64,000 nt of DNA, from the NCBI GenBank assembly GCA_951406725.2, contig OX597823.1:54250001-54314000 (forward strand), in the 5' to 3' direction. A model generated the notes under the pieces. It was not told the origin of the DNA, ran no database searches, and saw only the letters and a list, made by a program, of their open reading frames with translations. The position numbers were made by a program, and so were the translations under genes. Origin of the DNA: Octopus vulgaris (taxonomy: Eukaryota). Of the stretch, positions 1 through 10,229 are shown piece by piece (position 1 is the stretch's first letter; the number at the start of each line of letters is the position of its first letter).

Positions 1-488
1 ACATTCCGTCTACTTCATATCATGGACGCTTCTCTCCCTGTCTTTTATTCTCTCCTTCTTTTTCTTTTTCCCTCTTTCTGTCTCACTGTTTGCTTTATCC
101 TCTTTTTCTCTCTCCTTTTTCTCTTTCCCTCTTGTACTCTCTTTCCCTTCAACTAATCACATGAAAGTAATACAGTTATGTTTCCTCTCCGTCTTCTTCT
201 CTTTCCATCTTTTTCTCTCTCCGACTTTTTCTCTCTCCATCTTTTTTTTATGTCCTCTTGTTTTCTTTATTCCTCTTCTTCTCTAATCATGCGAAAGTGT
301 TACCATTGGGCTAAGTAACAGAATGACAAGTAGAATTGTTATAAGATTAATTAGCATAAATAAGTGCAAATTTGTTTTTGACTCCAATTAACAACACATT
401 TTCTTCTGTTTTTCTCGAGTGCTAGTTACTTAAGAGTTCCAGAAGGATTTTGCTGTAATGATAAATAAAAATATTCTGTTTTGTACAG

Positions 489-605
489 GAAATCTATGGT
501 GAACTGCAAAGCATAAAGACATATACTAAATCAGAAGCAAAGGTTGCATTTGTGAACATTACAAAAGGCTTTCGAACTTATGGTTCAGTATTTTTTGAAA
601 TTCAG
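489..605 (+). CDS. Myosin-VII-like MyTH4-FERM protein, internal exon (C-terminal FERM, F2/F3 junction)
   Basis: Acceptor tttgtacAG and donor CAG|gtaag; 117 nt, phase 0. Translates EIYGELQSIKTYTKSEAKVAFVNITKGFRTYGSVFFEIQ, which aligns by eye with myosin VIIa [28 protein letters not shown]. Confidence 0.88.
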
Positions 606-1012
606 GTAAGAGATAAAAATAAACAATGGCCTACAAAAACCACTATATTTTCATTGCATGAGAAACAGAAATTCATTATACTTATGACAAAGAAAAAAAA
701 AAATGTTTGTATGCTTTTCAACTTTGCTACTCTACTGCAAGTATTCAATATCAATAATGCCCATCTAAATTTTGCTATATTATAGGGCTATTATAAAAGT
801 TTTCCACAGAATCTGTAATTAATGACATAATCAATAATATATATATAGATTATTTTTTTCTTAAATCAAAGATATCAAATACACTACCTGTCCTACTATA
901 TATGTTGAACCTGTCATTGTGATTGTATAAAATATTTTTTGAAGTCATTTTATAATAGAGATAGGATAATAATTACTTTCTCTAAACTGTTTTTATCATT
1001 TCTCTATCATAG

Positions 1013-1087
1013 ATGCCTGAAAACCCAAATTCTTTACAACTTGCTGTCAATCGAAATGGGGTTTTAATCGTGGATCCAGCAACAAAG
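1013..1087 (+). CDS. Myosin-VII-like protein, internal exon (FERM F3)
   Basis: Acceptor tctctatcatAG and donor AAG|gtaatt; 75 nt, phase 0. MPENPNSLQLAVNRNGVLIVDPATK resembles myosin VIIa [25 protein letters not shown]. Confidence 0.88.
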
Positions 1088-1669
1088 GTAATTTTTGTAA
1101 ATGTAATAAGATAATAAATTTCTGTAAAGATGTTTTGGGATTCTATAAGAATTATCTAGAACTTACAAAGGTAGCCATTAGATTATTGTAGAAACATTAC
1201 TCGATTTTCAGAGACTTCAGGCCTACACCTTTTATTCTTTTATTTGCTTCAGTCATTTGATTTTTAAGTCTGGTATTTATCTTAGTAACCTAAGATAAGC
1301 AGCAGAGCATCACACCATACTTAGTATCATACTGTTAACTCATGTGACATTACCATGTAGAGACTATTTCATTGATTTATCATTACTGAGATGCCCATAT
1401 AAGGAATAAAAAGATAATTGTTCTGCTATGTGATAAAAATTGTGTATGAAAATGATTACAGTGACTATAGTGTCCTTTGGAAAATTGGGGGCTTTAGTGG
1501 GGTTACAATGAATGTTGCATAAAATCCTTTTGATATCTAACTGCTTGGGATACTTCTGGTTCTAGGATATAAATTGCCTCATGTTTCATATTTAAATTAA
1601 AATATTTCATCCTTATTATATTTAAAAACATTTTGTTAAGTTTTACTGTGTGCCAAACACTTGCTTAAT

Positions 1670-2300
1670 GATTCTTTCTACAATAGGTACAAGGCCTGAA
1701 ATTTTGTGGGAAGGGGCTAGTCCATTGCATCAACCCCAGTGCTTAACTGGTACTTATTTTATTGACTCTGAAAGGATAAAAGACAAAGTTGACTTTCACA
1801 GAATTTGAACTCAGAACATAAAGAATCAGAAGAAATGTTACTCAATATTTTGTTCAACATGCCAACAATTCTGACAGTTCAATGCTTTACACTTGCTTAA
1901 TAAGGATTGTTAAAGTAAGACAAAGCTAGAAAATTTGGATGAGTACTCGACTAATGCTTAATTTCATTGACACTGGGAGAATGAAACACTGCATCACCCA
2001 GTCCAGGAACCAAAACCACAATATTCTTTTCTACTCTAGGCACAAGGCCTGAAATTTTGGGGGAAGGGGCCAGTCGATTAGATTGACCCCAGTATGCAAG
2101 TGGTACTTAATTTATCGACCCCCAAAAGGATGAAAGGCAAAGTCGACCTCGGCAAAATTTGAACTCAGAATGTAAAGACAATTTTGCTTTTCAACCTTTC
2201 AGGATCTATAAAACAAGTAACAGTTTAGCATTGGAATCAATATAACAGACTCACGCTCTCTCCCCAAACTGCTGGCCTTGTGCCAAAATTTGAAACCAAT
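1670..2300. mobile_element. Cluster of decayed tRNA-derived Nin-domain-like SINEs (two on -, one partial on +)
   Basis: Matches the family core gcctttcatcctttcggggtcgataaattaagtaccag seen throughout the window. Many CpG>TpG/CpA changes. Confidence 0.8.
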
Positions 2301-2336
2301 CTAAGTACAAACAATTTTGATGGGAGGGCATTAGTT

Positions 2337-2682
2337 CAGGGGTTTTCAACCATTTTTTATCTATGGAACCCTTTGATTTCTGTATTATTTTGGTGGACCC
2401 CCATAGCCATTCAATGTTTAAAACTAGTCTTATAGAAACTTTTTTCAAAATTCCTATTCTGTTTTTCCCAAATTAACTAGTGTAGGTTGAACTAGGTAAA
2501 ATGTTAGAGAAAGAAACCTAACTATTTCTTGCAATATACACCAATATGTATACCTAAAACACTTTTTTCAGGGGCCCTTATAATACTACTATGGGTCTCC
2601 AATTTACTATTTTGTTACATGGACTCCCAAAAATCTTATATAGGCGCCCAAGGGCCATATGGACCCTTGTTGAAAACCACTG
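2337..2682. mobile_element. hAT (Charlie-like) MITE
   Basis: TIRs CAGGGGTTTTCAAC / GTTGAAAACCACTG with a perfect 8-bp TSD CATTAGTT (2329-2336 and 2683-2690). Inserted in a SINE. Confidence 0.9.
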
Positions 2683-3104
2683 CATTAGTTGATACTAACA
2701 ACCCCAGTACTGGACTTATACTTTGTTTTATCAACCTCATGTTGATGAAAGATACAGTTGGCCCCAATGTAATTTGAACTAAGAACACAAAAACCTAGAA
2801 TAAACACAATCATCAACATTATCATTTTAACATCTACTTTTCCATGCTTGCATTGGTAGGCAGAATTTGATGAGACTGATGTGTCTAAGGCCAGATGCCC
2901 TTTCTGTTGCTAACTCTCACTGGTTTCGAAGTAGGTTAATTTTTCCCATTACCAGACATGTTTCCATGAAAGATTGGAAACAAAGGACATCACTTGCATG
3001 AAGGGGATACTCAATTACAACTATAATGTGATGTCAAATCAAGTGTGTGTGTTACTGTAACACACGCACACACACATACATGCAGACACACACACACAGA
3101 CAAC

Positions 3105-3143
<39 letters not shown>

Positions 3144-3422
3144 AAAATATATGTGGAAAGACTCCTTTCGGTTTTCTTTCTGCCAAATCTACTTACAAGA
3201 CTTTGGTCAGCCAAGAGCTAGAGTAGAAACACTTGCCCAAGGTGCCACACTGTGGGACTAAACCTGAAGCCATGTGGTTAGAAAACAAACTTCTCACTAT
3301 AGTCATACCTGCACCTATCATGGTTGTTATTTTCTAAAGTCCTAGAGTGTAAGTATTTCTGATTTCACTAACATTCTACATAATATAAAACTAATTCACT
3401 ATTTGTTTGTTTGTTTTTCCAG

Positions 3423-3545
3423 CAAGTTTTCCACTCCATGAATTTTCAACAAATAAGAAACTGGATTCATGAATGTGGTAAATTCAACCTCATTGTTGAT
3501 AACGAGCACACTGGTTCAGAGAGAATTTTCTTTCAAATCGAGAGA
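3423..3545 (+). CDS. Myosin-VII-like protein, penultimate coding exon (FERM F3)
   Basis: Acceptor tttttccAG and donor AGA|gtaagt; 123 nt, phase 0. QVFHSMNFQQIRNWIHECGKFNLIVDNEHTGSERIFFQIER resembles [40 protein letters not shown]. Confidence 0.85.
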
Positions 3546-3573
3546 GTAAGTAGATCCTTCTAATATTATATCA

Positions 3574-4856
3574 CTAGCAATGCACCCTGGCGTTGCCTGA
3601 GTGTTATGACCTGCAGCTACATTGTATTATATATATATATATGTATTCAATTTTTGGGTTCAAGTGGAATGTACGCACCACACACAATGCACTCTAGCAT
3701 TGCCCAGGTCATTGATAACAATAACACCATGACCGACTCATATTGAGTACATATTTCTGATATGGAAAGATTGATTTGAAATTGTACCAATCAGTGAACA
3801 CAGAGTACATCCTGATTAATGAAGGGATATGCACTGTAGGCAGAATCATGTGTATGTGGCCTTAACTTGCCCTTGCATAGATGCGTGGTGTTGTTGTTGC
3901 CTTCACTGAAGTTATCAGGTCAGACATTTGTTTTACATGGCACCACCTGCATTATAGTACATGCTCAGCCACTGAAAAATAGGGAGATTGTAGCAAAATC
4001 TTTATGAACTTTGCAGCTTATGGAATGAATAATAGGCATGGATATATACTAATAACAATAAGCAACTTTCCATAAATTGGTTTAAGTAAAGAGAAAAATG
4101 TTAACTGTAAAAAAGCTCAAAAGGTTTCAGTCATTGCTTCATGTCTTTACCACACTTGAACAAATACAGGCTCTTATTGTGCTTGAGCCTTGGGGGAAAT
4201 TTTAATGAATTTAAACCTGAGAATGCTTATTTGGCATTCCTGAGTCATTTGCTACCAAGAAAATCCTCAGGGACAAATTGATTTTGGCAGTAATGCCAGA
4301 AGTGATTACAATTATGCCAGAAATAGGTTCATTAGTCAATTTTCTGTTGAAAAATAGGGCTTTGTGCAAAGAAATGATATCACAATACTTCAAAGACATT
4401 ATTTAATCATGGAATACTGAAGATGTTCACATTGGCAGTTTAGTTGTGGCACAAATGCCATTATTGATAGAAAATGTGCCAATAATTGTTCCAAAAAAAG
4501 CATGTTTTTGGGTCATTTTTCCATTGACAAATAGGGTTTTGTGCATCACAAGTGCACTCATAACATCTTTGTACATTGCTACATTTTTTTACACTGAAAA
4601 CATTAAAATTGGCAACATAGATTAGAAGAAAATCCAAATATTGCCTGAAAATAACCTCAAAATTGTGCAATCCAACCTCATTTTGGAGGTTATTTTCGTA
4701 GTCAAAAAGAGTTATGCAAAAAACATACTTCATTTGGTAGCTGAAAGATTACCAAATCTTTTGAAACCTCATACATCAAAATTGGCATCTCAGTTTTCGA
4801 ATCCATAAGGAACACACAGACACATGCACACACAAGCTCTGTTTTATATATACATA
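3574..4856 (-). mobile_element. Degenerate non-autonomous Helitron-like element
   Basis: The minus-strand 3' end has a hairpin-like caggcaacgccaggg followed by CTAG. The opposite end resembles the TC(T)ATATATAAAA start of the 59503-59898 element. Confidence 0.5.
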
Positions 4857-5113
4857 AATTAATTGGCTCAGTCTGTCTCTGTGTGTGTGAGGGAAATGGC
4901 TTAGGGAGAGGAAAAGGTGAGTGAGTATGTGTTTAATAGTAAATGATGAAGTAAGTATTTTTTATGTTATGATGAAGTAAAAGATACAAAAAAGGAATAG
5001 GCATAGGTGTGTGTTAAGAAGTTTGCTTCCCAATTACATGGTTCCAGGCTCAATCCAATTGTGTGGCACCTTGGGCAAGTGTCTTGTACTTATAGCCTCA
5101 TGCTGATCAAAGT

Positions 5114-5155
<42 letters not shown>

Positions 5156-5329
5156 AATTAAATAAAAATCTGATTGGGCAAGTGTCTTCTGCTATAGCTC
5201 CAGGCTGACATACATACATACATACATACATACGTACGTATGTATGTATGTGTATGTATGTATGTATGTATGTATGTATGTATGTATGTATGTATGTATG
5301 TATGTACGTCTCTTCTATTTTTTAATTAT

Positions 5330-5670
5330 TATAAATCTTCCACTGAGGAAGAAGCTGGTTTCCAACAAAGATACAAAGCTCCATCTTTGGGATGTTGTTA
5401 ACACGGATAAATTCACATTTGGAACTTAAGAAATGTCTTGCAAATTCTTACTGTTCCACTCACAGATTGGACTTGTATGAATCAACCAGTCAATTTCTCT
5501 TTCTGAAAATCCCTATTTATCCAGGTTCTCCTTTAAGCATTTACTAACAAAACCTAGTGCTCCAATTATTATTGGTATGAATGTGAATTCATAGTCTGGA
5601 TTTAGAAGCTGGAGGTTTTGAAGCAGTTGTCTATAGATGTCTTTTTTTTCTTTGGTTTTCAAAGAGATAT
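5330..5670 (-). pseudogene. 3' fragment of an RLE-type (R4/NeSL-like) non-LTR retrotransposon
   Basis: KDIYRQLLQNLQLLNPDYEFTFIPIIIGALGFVSKCLKENL is typical of the restriction-like endonuclease C-terminus. Flanked by (TATG)n. Confidence 0.65.
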
Positions 5671-5677
5671 TTATATC

Positions 5678-5871
5678 TGCATGCATGCATGCATGCATGT
5701 ATGTATGTATGTATGTATGTATGTATGTATGTATGTATGTATGTATGTATGTATGTATGTATGTATGTATGTATGTATGTATGTATGTATGTATGTATGT
5801 ATGTATGTATGTATGTATGTATGTATGTATGTATGTATGTATGTATGTATGTATGTATGTATGTATGTATG
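5678..5871. repeat. (TGCA)n(TATG)n microsatellite
   Basis: About 190 bp of near-perfect tetranucleotide array. Source of the spurious YVCM/HTYI ORFs. Confidence 0.97.
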
Positions 5872-6100
5872 TGCCAGGTTTCATACTGTTTCCATCTACC
5901 AAATTGACTCACAAGGCACTAGTCAGCCTGGAGTTACAGCAGATGACATTTGTCCAATCAAATTTAAATTTAATTACACCTGAAACATTCGGAAACTTAT
6001 TTTAGCCACTGTCAATATTCTTTCAATCTTTAAATACTGGTCTGAAATCAAAAGAATCCAAAATTTAATTTTAATTTTAACATTGCTTTTTCTTTTCTAG

Positions 6101-6217
6101 TTTCAGGGTGAACTCTTGGATGACCTGATTATGGCAAATGTAGAGTTTTCTCTCAATTCCAAGTTTAAGAATTTCCAAGTATTTGCAGGTGCTAAGAGAG
6201 GAGAAACAATTTGCTAA
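6101..6217 (+). CDS. Myosin-VII-like protein, last coding exon (alternative in-frame acceptor at 6107)
   Basis: Polypyrimidine tract followed by ctAG|tttcAG|. Translates (FQ)GELLDDLIMANVEFSLNSKFKNFQVFAGAKRGETIC*, resembling myosin VIIa GYKMDDLLTSYI. Stop TAA at 6215-6217. Confidence 0.82.
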   Translation, partial: FQGELLDDLIMANVEFSLNSKFKNFQVFAGAKRGETIC

Positions 6218-7541
6218 CAATCATTTACTACATCATATTTTGCATATTTTGTATTCTATATCAAACATCTAAAACCACAAAAAAAGAAAAAAAAAGAAAG
6301 AAAAATCCATTAAAAGTATACTACTAATTATTGACCGTGCTATCAATATTGCATATCCAATTAACAACCTAAAGAACTTCAATTTGTTCACTGTATTAGA
6401 TCATATATAATATTGAAGATACAACACATTTTTAATTCAAAGTTATGTCTACTTGCTCTCTCTCTCTCTCCCACACACATACACATACACACAGACTCAC
6501 TCACACACACACACTCGCTCACTCATTCATACACAAACACACACAAAGTTTTACACAAAAGGATTTTCAATTATTTATTTTTTCTTTTGCAATTAATATC
6601 ATATGATTTACCAGTCAATAATAATATGATTTGTCAGTCAAATAGTCCTACAAATTGTTACACTGGGTTGAGACTTTAATTTTTTAAGGGAAAGAACATG
6701 GAGGGCATGAAAACCGCTTGCAGCGCATCTATCAAATCTTGCTTTGGGCTTGAAATCATCAGCATGCACTAACACACACACACACACACCTGACAAATGA
6801 TTGCACATGTAAAGCAGTTTCGACATGCAGTTTACATGACTATTAGTGTTGTAAATGAAGATACATTAACGACATCAAATGTAAAAACAACCATGACTGT
6901 TTAAATAGCAAATTTTCTGCTACAAAACAAATACACATGTGGCAATGCAGAGTAGCAAATTTATATATAAATGCAATACAAATATACAAAAATATATCTA
7001 TGCACTACACTATTAATTGGCTGCAATCATTAAATGAGTTGTCAGTCAATTAGGAATAGCAATTTTAAAATGTTGCTTAATCATCTTGTCCTGGGCTTAA
7101 ATCTTGGAAACACATTGCAGTGGTATTTATGGTGTCAGAACTTTGCTAGATCGTATTGGGAATAATTGGTATTATTTCAACTAAATACTTTTATTATTAT
7201 TATTATTTAAAAAGATCTATAAGCTATGTTGCAAACAGTATACCCGAAAAGCAACATGCATTTTGTGTACGGGTCAAAAAGGCTTAGGTCAAAATACTAT
7301 AAACACTAAAGGGATATAACTCATCTACTGCTGTGACTTATATGTGGTACAAGCAGCAATAACATATTTGGTTCTTATTTAATTCAAGTGTTGCTGAATT
7401 TATGATACTGTGGGAAGTTGTGGAAATTTTAAAATTAAAAAAAAAATTTTTTACAGTAAATTGAAAGTATGCATTGTTTAATTTTGTTAATACAAAATCA
7501 TATGCTATGATAGTCTGGTATTTTCTTCTCATCAAGGTATA

Positions 7542-7547
7542 AATAAA
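7542..7547 (+). promoter_or_regulatory. Candidate polyadenylation signal of the myosin-VII-like gene
   Basis: AATAAA followed by T/GT-rich sequence at the end of about 1.3 kb of transposon-poor sequence after the stop. The repeat-rich region starts just downstream. Confidence 0.35.
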
Positions 7548-7724
7548 AGTATATTGTATTCTGGGTTAATTGAAGAACTTTGTTTAATTTCAATTCTTAT
7601 TTTGACAATTGTTTTCTAGAAGTGGACTATGCTTGCTTTTCATTTTCTTTTTTACTTTTAGCTGTCATAAACATACAAACACGAGTTGATGAGGGAGCCT
7701 CTGTGTAGTTACTTGATATAATAA

Positions 7725-8070
7725 AAATAATAATAATGAAATTATTGTATACAGTGCTCAGGTGCACCACAACTTGTCAGAAAGTGCATATAAAGTACAT
7801 GCAGTAATGTAGAAATGTCTGGAAAAGCGAACAATGTATGAGTCAGATACATGCTTGTGTGTGTATGGAGGGGAGAAAATCAAGTGTAGTGTTGGCGAAT
7901 CTCAGGAAGCATGGAAGTTTTGAAGGATGCAGTGCTCCGACAACTAACAACCGATGCCGGCAGTTTGTTCCATGCTTCAGCAACTCTCAGCGTGAAAAAA
8001 TGTTTCCTGAAGTCATGGGAGCTGTGCTGTTTTCTTACTTTGTAAATATGTCCACGGGTGTTAGATGGGT
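7725..8070 (-). mobile_element. CR1-group LINE 3' fragment (second family)
   Basis: Minus frame NTRGHIYKVRKQHSSHDFRKHFFTLRVAEAWNKLPASVV is the CR1 ORF2 C-terminus, followed by a 3' UTR and an (ATT)n tail. Confidence 0.85.
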
Positions 8071-8259
8071 GGAGTTATATGTTAGAAACCACAAGCAACT
8101 CTACCTATCACACAATATCTTCTTGTTATATTGTGTTTGAATAAAAGCTGGGAATATCAAGGCTAGATTACTCTAGACAAGTTTGTTTATCAGGGCTAAT
8201 TTAAAGCTAAGTAGTAACTTGTAAACATTCACATGCTTTTTTTATGGTTGTCCATTGAA

Positions 8260-8390
8260 TGCAACATACATGCATGCAGATGTCAATGGTGTTATCTCTA
8301 TAAATAACCTGTATGCTTTTGTGGATGTCAGACAGCCTGTACTTCTCTTTTGTCAAGAATTCAGTGATGGCACATTGTTTCTGCATGCAA
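8260..8390 (-). mobile_element. Mariner transposase N-terminal remnant
   Basis: MQKQCAITEFLTKEKYRLSDIHKSIQVIYRD resembles the mariner HTH start (QRAVIEFL...IH.RL..VYG). Confidence 0.55.
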
Positions 8391-9106
8391 CCAATATTTG
8401 CCTCAAATAAGGCAGTGAGCTGGTAGAATCATTAGCACATTGGACAAAAATGTTTAGCAGCATTTTGTCCATCTTTACTTGCTGAGTTCAAACTCCACTG
8501 AGAGTGACTTTACCTTTCATCCTTTTGAGACCAATAAGATAAGTACCAGTTGAATACTGGAGACTGATGTAATTGACTTATTCCCTCCCCGCAATTGTAG
8601 GCTTTGTGCCAAAATTTGAAATCAATATTTGCCTTAAATGAAGCTGAACAGGAAGAAGTGTGTGCACACAGAGATTCATATGTATCAATTATTTGAATAT
8701 ATGTGCATGCAAGTTACAGTTGGCAATATCTTAAACTTTTTTTTTTAACTAAGTCTGTAAGGTTAAATGGAACAGACTTACTGAAAAAAAAGAAGCTATG
8801 TCTGTACAAATAAGCAAAGTGGAAAAGAGAAAATTATCAACACTCAAATAAAAAAAAAAAATATTTTCAAGATAAAGAGAGAAATTAAGAAAAGGGGAAA
8901 AGATAAACTGTTTTAGCAAGTCATTGGAGATAGTGGATGATGGAAGTTTGATGGAGAATGATTTAAAAAATGTTAACCGTATGCTAACAAAAAAAAAAAA
9001 AAGAAAACAGAGAAAAATAAGTAGCAACAGCAGAAATAGGTAAGTGTTAGTCAGTGTGTTATCTGAGCATACCATTATGTACATAGTAGAATGGTGTGAG
9101 AATATA

Positions 9107-9566
9107 CAGGGTGCGATGGATAAATTGTTGCCATTTTATATTTTTAACTTTGGGCATGCACATTGTTTCTTTTTGATTTTGTCAACTACACAGTATAGTT
9201 GGGTCAGTTGGGCATTGTTTGTGAGAAAAACTGCACCATGACACAATTTACTCTGCCAGAAATTTGGAAATGACATGCTATAATGCTTGGCATCCATGCT
9301 GGAAGCTCCAATATGAACATGTACCGAGAGTGGTAAAAATCAAACAACTAATCAACATCAGGGTGTCTGGAGTGATCACTAGTGATGGCAATGTTATGCA
9401 TCCATTCTTCTTCCCACATGGCCTCAGATTCAACACAGAGGCCTACATCAAGTGCCTGGAGGAGATGGTGCTGCCCTGGGTCAAGAGGGTGGTTGCTGGA
9501 AGATCCTATGTCTGGCAACCAGACTCTGCACCATACCACACAAGCAAGAGAAACCAGTCATGGAGT
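9107..9566 (+). mobile_element. Internally deleted Tc1/mariner element
   Basis: TA|CAGGGTG terminus, plus the transposase segment SGVITSDGNVMHPFFFPHGLRFNTEAYIKCLEEMVLPWVKRVVAGRSYVWQPDSAPYHTS. Confidence 0.85.
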
Positions 9567-9789
9567 GAAATATAAAGGAAAGAAATACAGGAAAAATAAT
9601 CAGCTGTTAATGCCAATGGGAAGACGTTTCCATAAAAAAAAAGATCAGAATGTAAAGAGCTGAAAAAATACCATAAAACATTTTCCCAATGCTCTAATGA
9701 TACTGCCAAACCCTCTCCCTAAAATATTAGTCTCTGATTTGGACACAAACCAGCAATTACAAGGAAGGAAGGAGTTAGCAATATCATCA

Positions 9790-10225
9790 ACTACATTACT
9801 TCATTGGCATTTTATTGCTCATGAGAGAGTCAGGTGGGTGGTGATTTCTGGTAGTGATGTAAACCAAAGACAGAAATAGGATGGAGAGAGAGTGACCTTT
9901 ACCACTGAAATGCTGTGCAGTTGGTTTAAGAGGGTTATTAAACTGCATATGAACATGTGAAACATATGCTTTCTAAACTGGTCAACCAGCCTGCAACCAT
10001 TCTTACCTATATACAAATTACAGTAAAGTTGGTATTATGGGCAATAAATAAAATTACTAGAAGTGCATTTGAAACAATTCAAGTCTTGAAAGACAGGATT
10101 AAGACTACACATTATAATTAAAAGGATAGGGTGTTACAATGGGGCTCTGAACAATTGGACTTTCCCTTTTGATATTTGTATACTCACTGGAGGTAAACAG
10201 GGAGGAATTTTTGTGTTTTTGTCAA
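9790..10225 (-). pseudogene. Penelope-like GIY-YIG endonuclease remnant
   Basis: Minus strand reads FKCTSSNFIYC...LYIGKNGCRLVDQFRKH, matching the GIY-YIG pattern of PLEs. Confidence 0.7.
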
Positions 10226-10229
10226 CTAG

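Noticed and set aside
552-785. 77-aa ORF as a standalone gene
   Set aside because: Only its first 18 codons are exonic; the rest reads through the donor at 605 into intron.
5244-6005. ORFs rich in YVCM/HTYI, YI, HT, CV, poly-T or poly-V here and at about 19922-20413, 29455-30177, 42863-43797 and 58539-59123
   Set aside because: They are translations of stop-free microsatellites, not genes.
8755-9045. Lysine-rich, coding-like stretch ending at a GTAAG donor
   Set aside because: Stops and A-run frameshifts, no clear acceptor and no recognisable domain.
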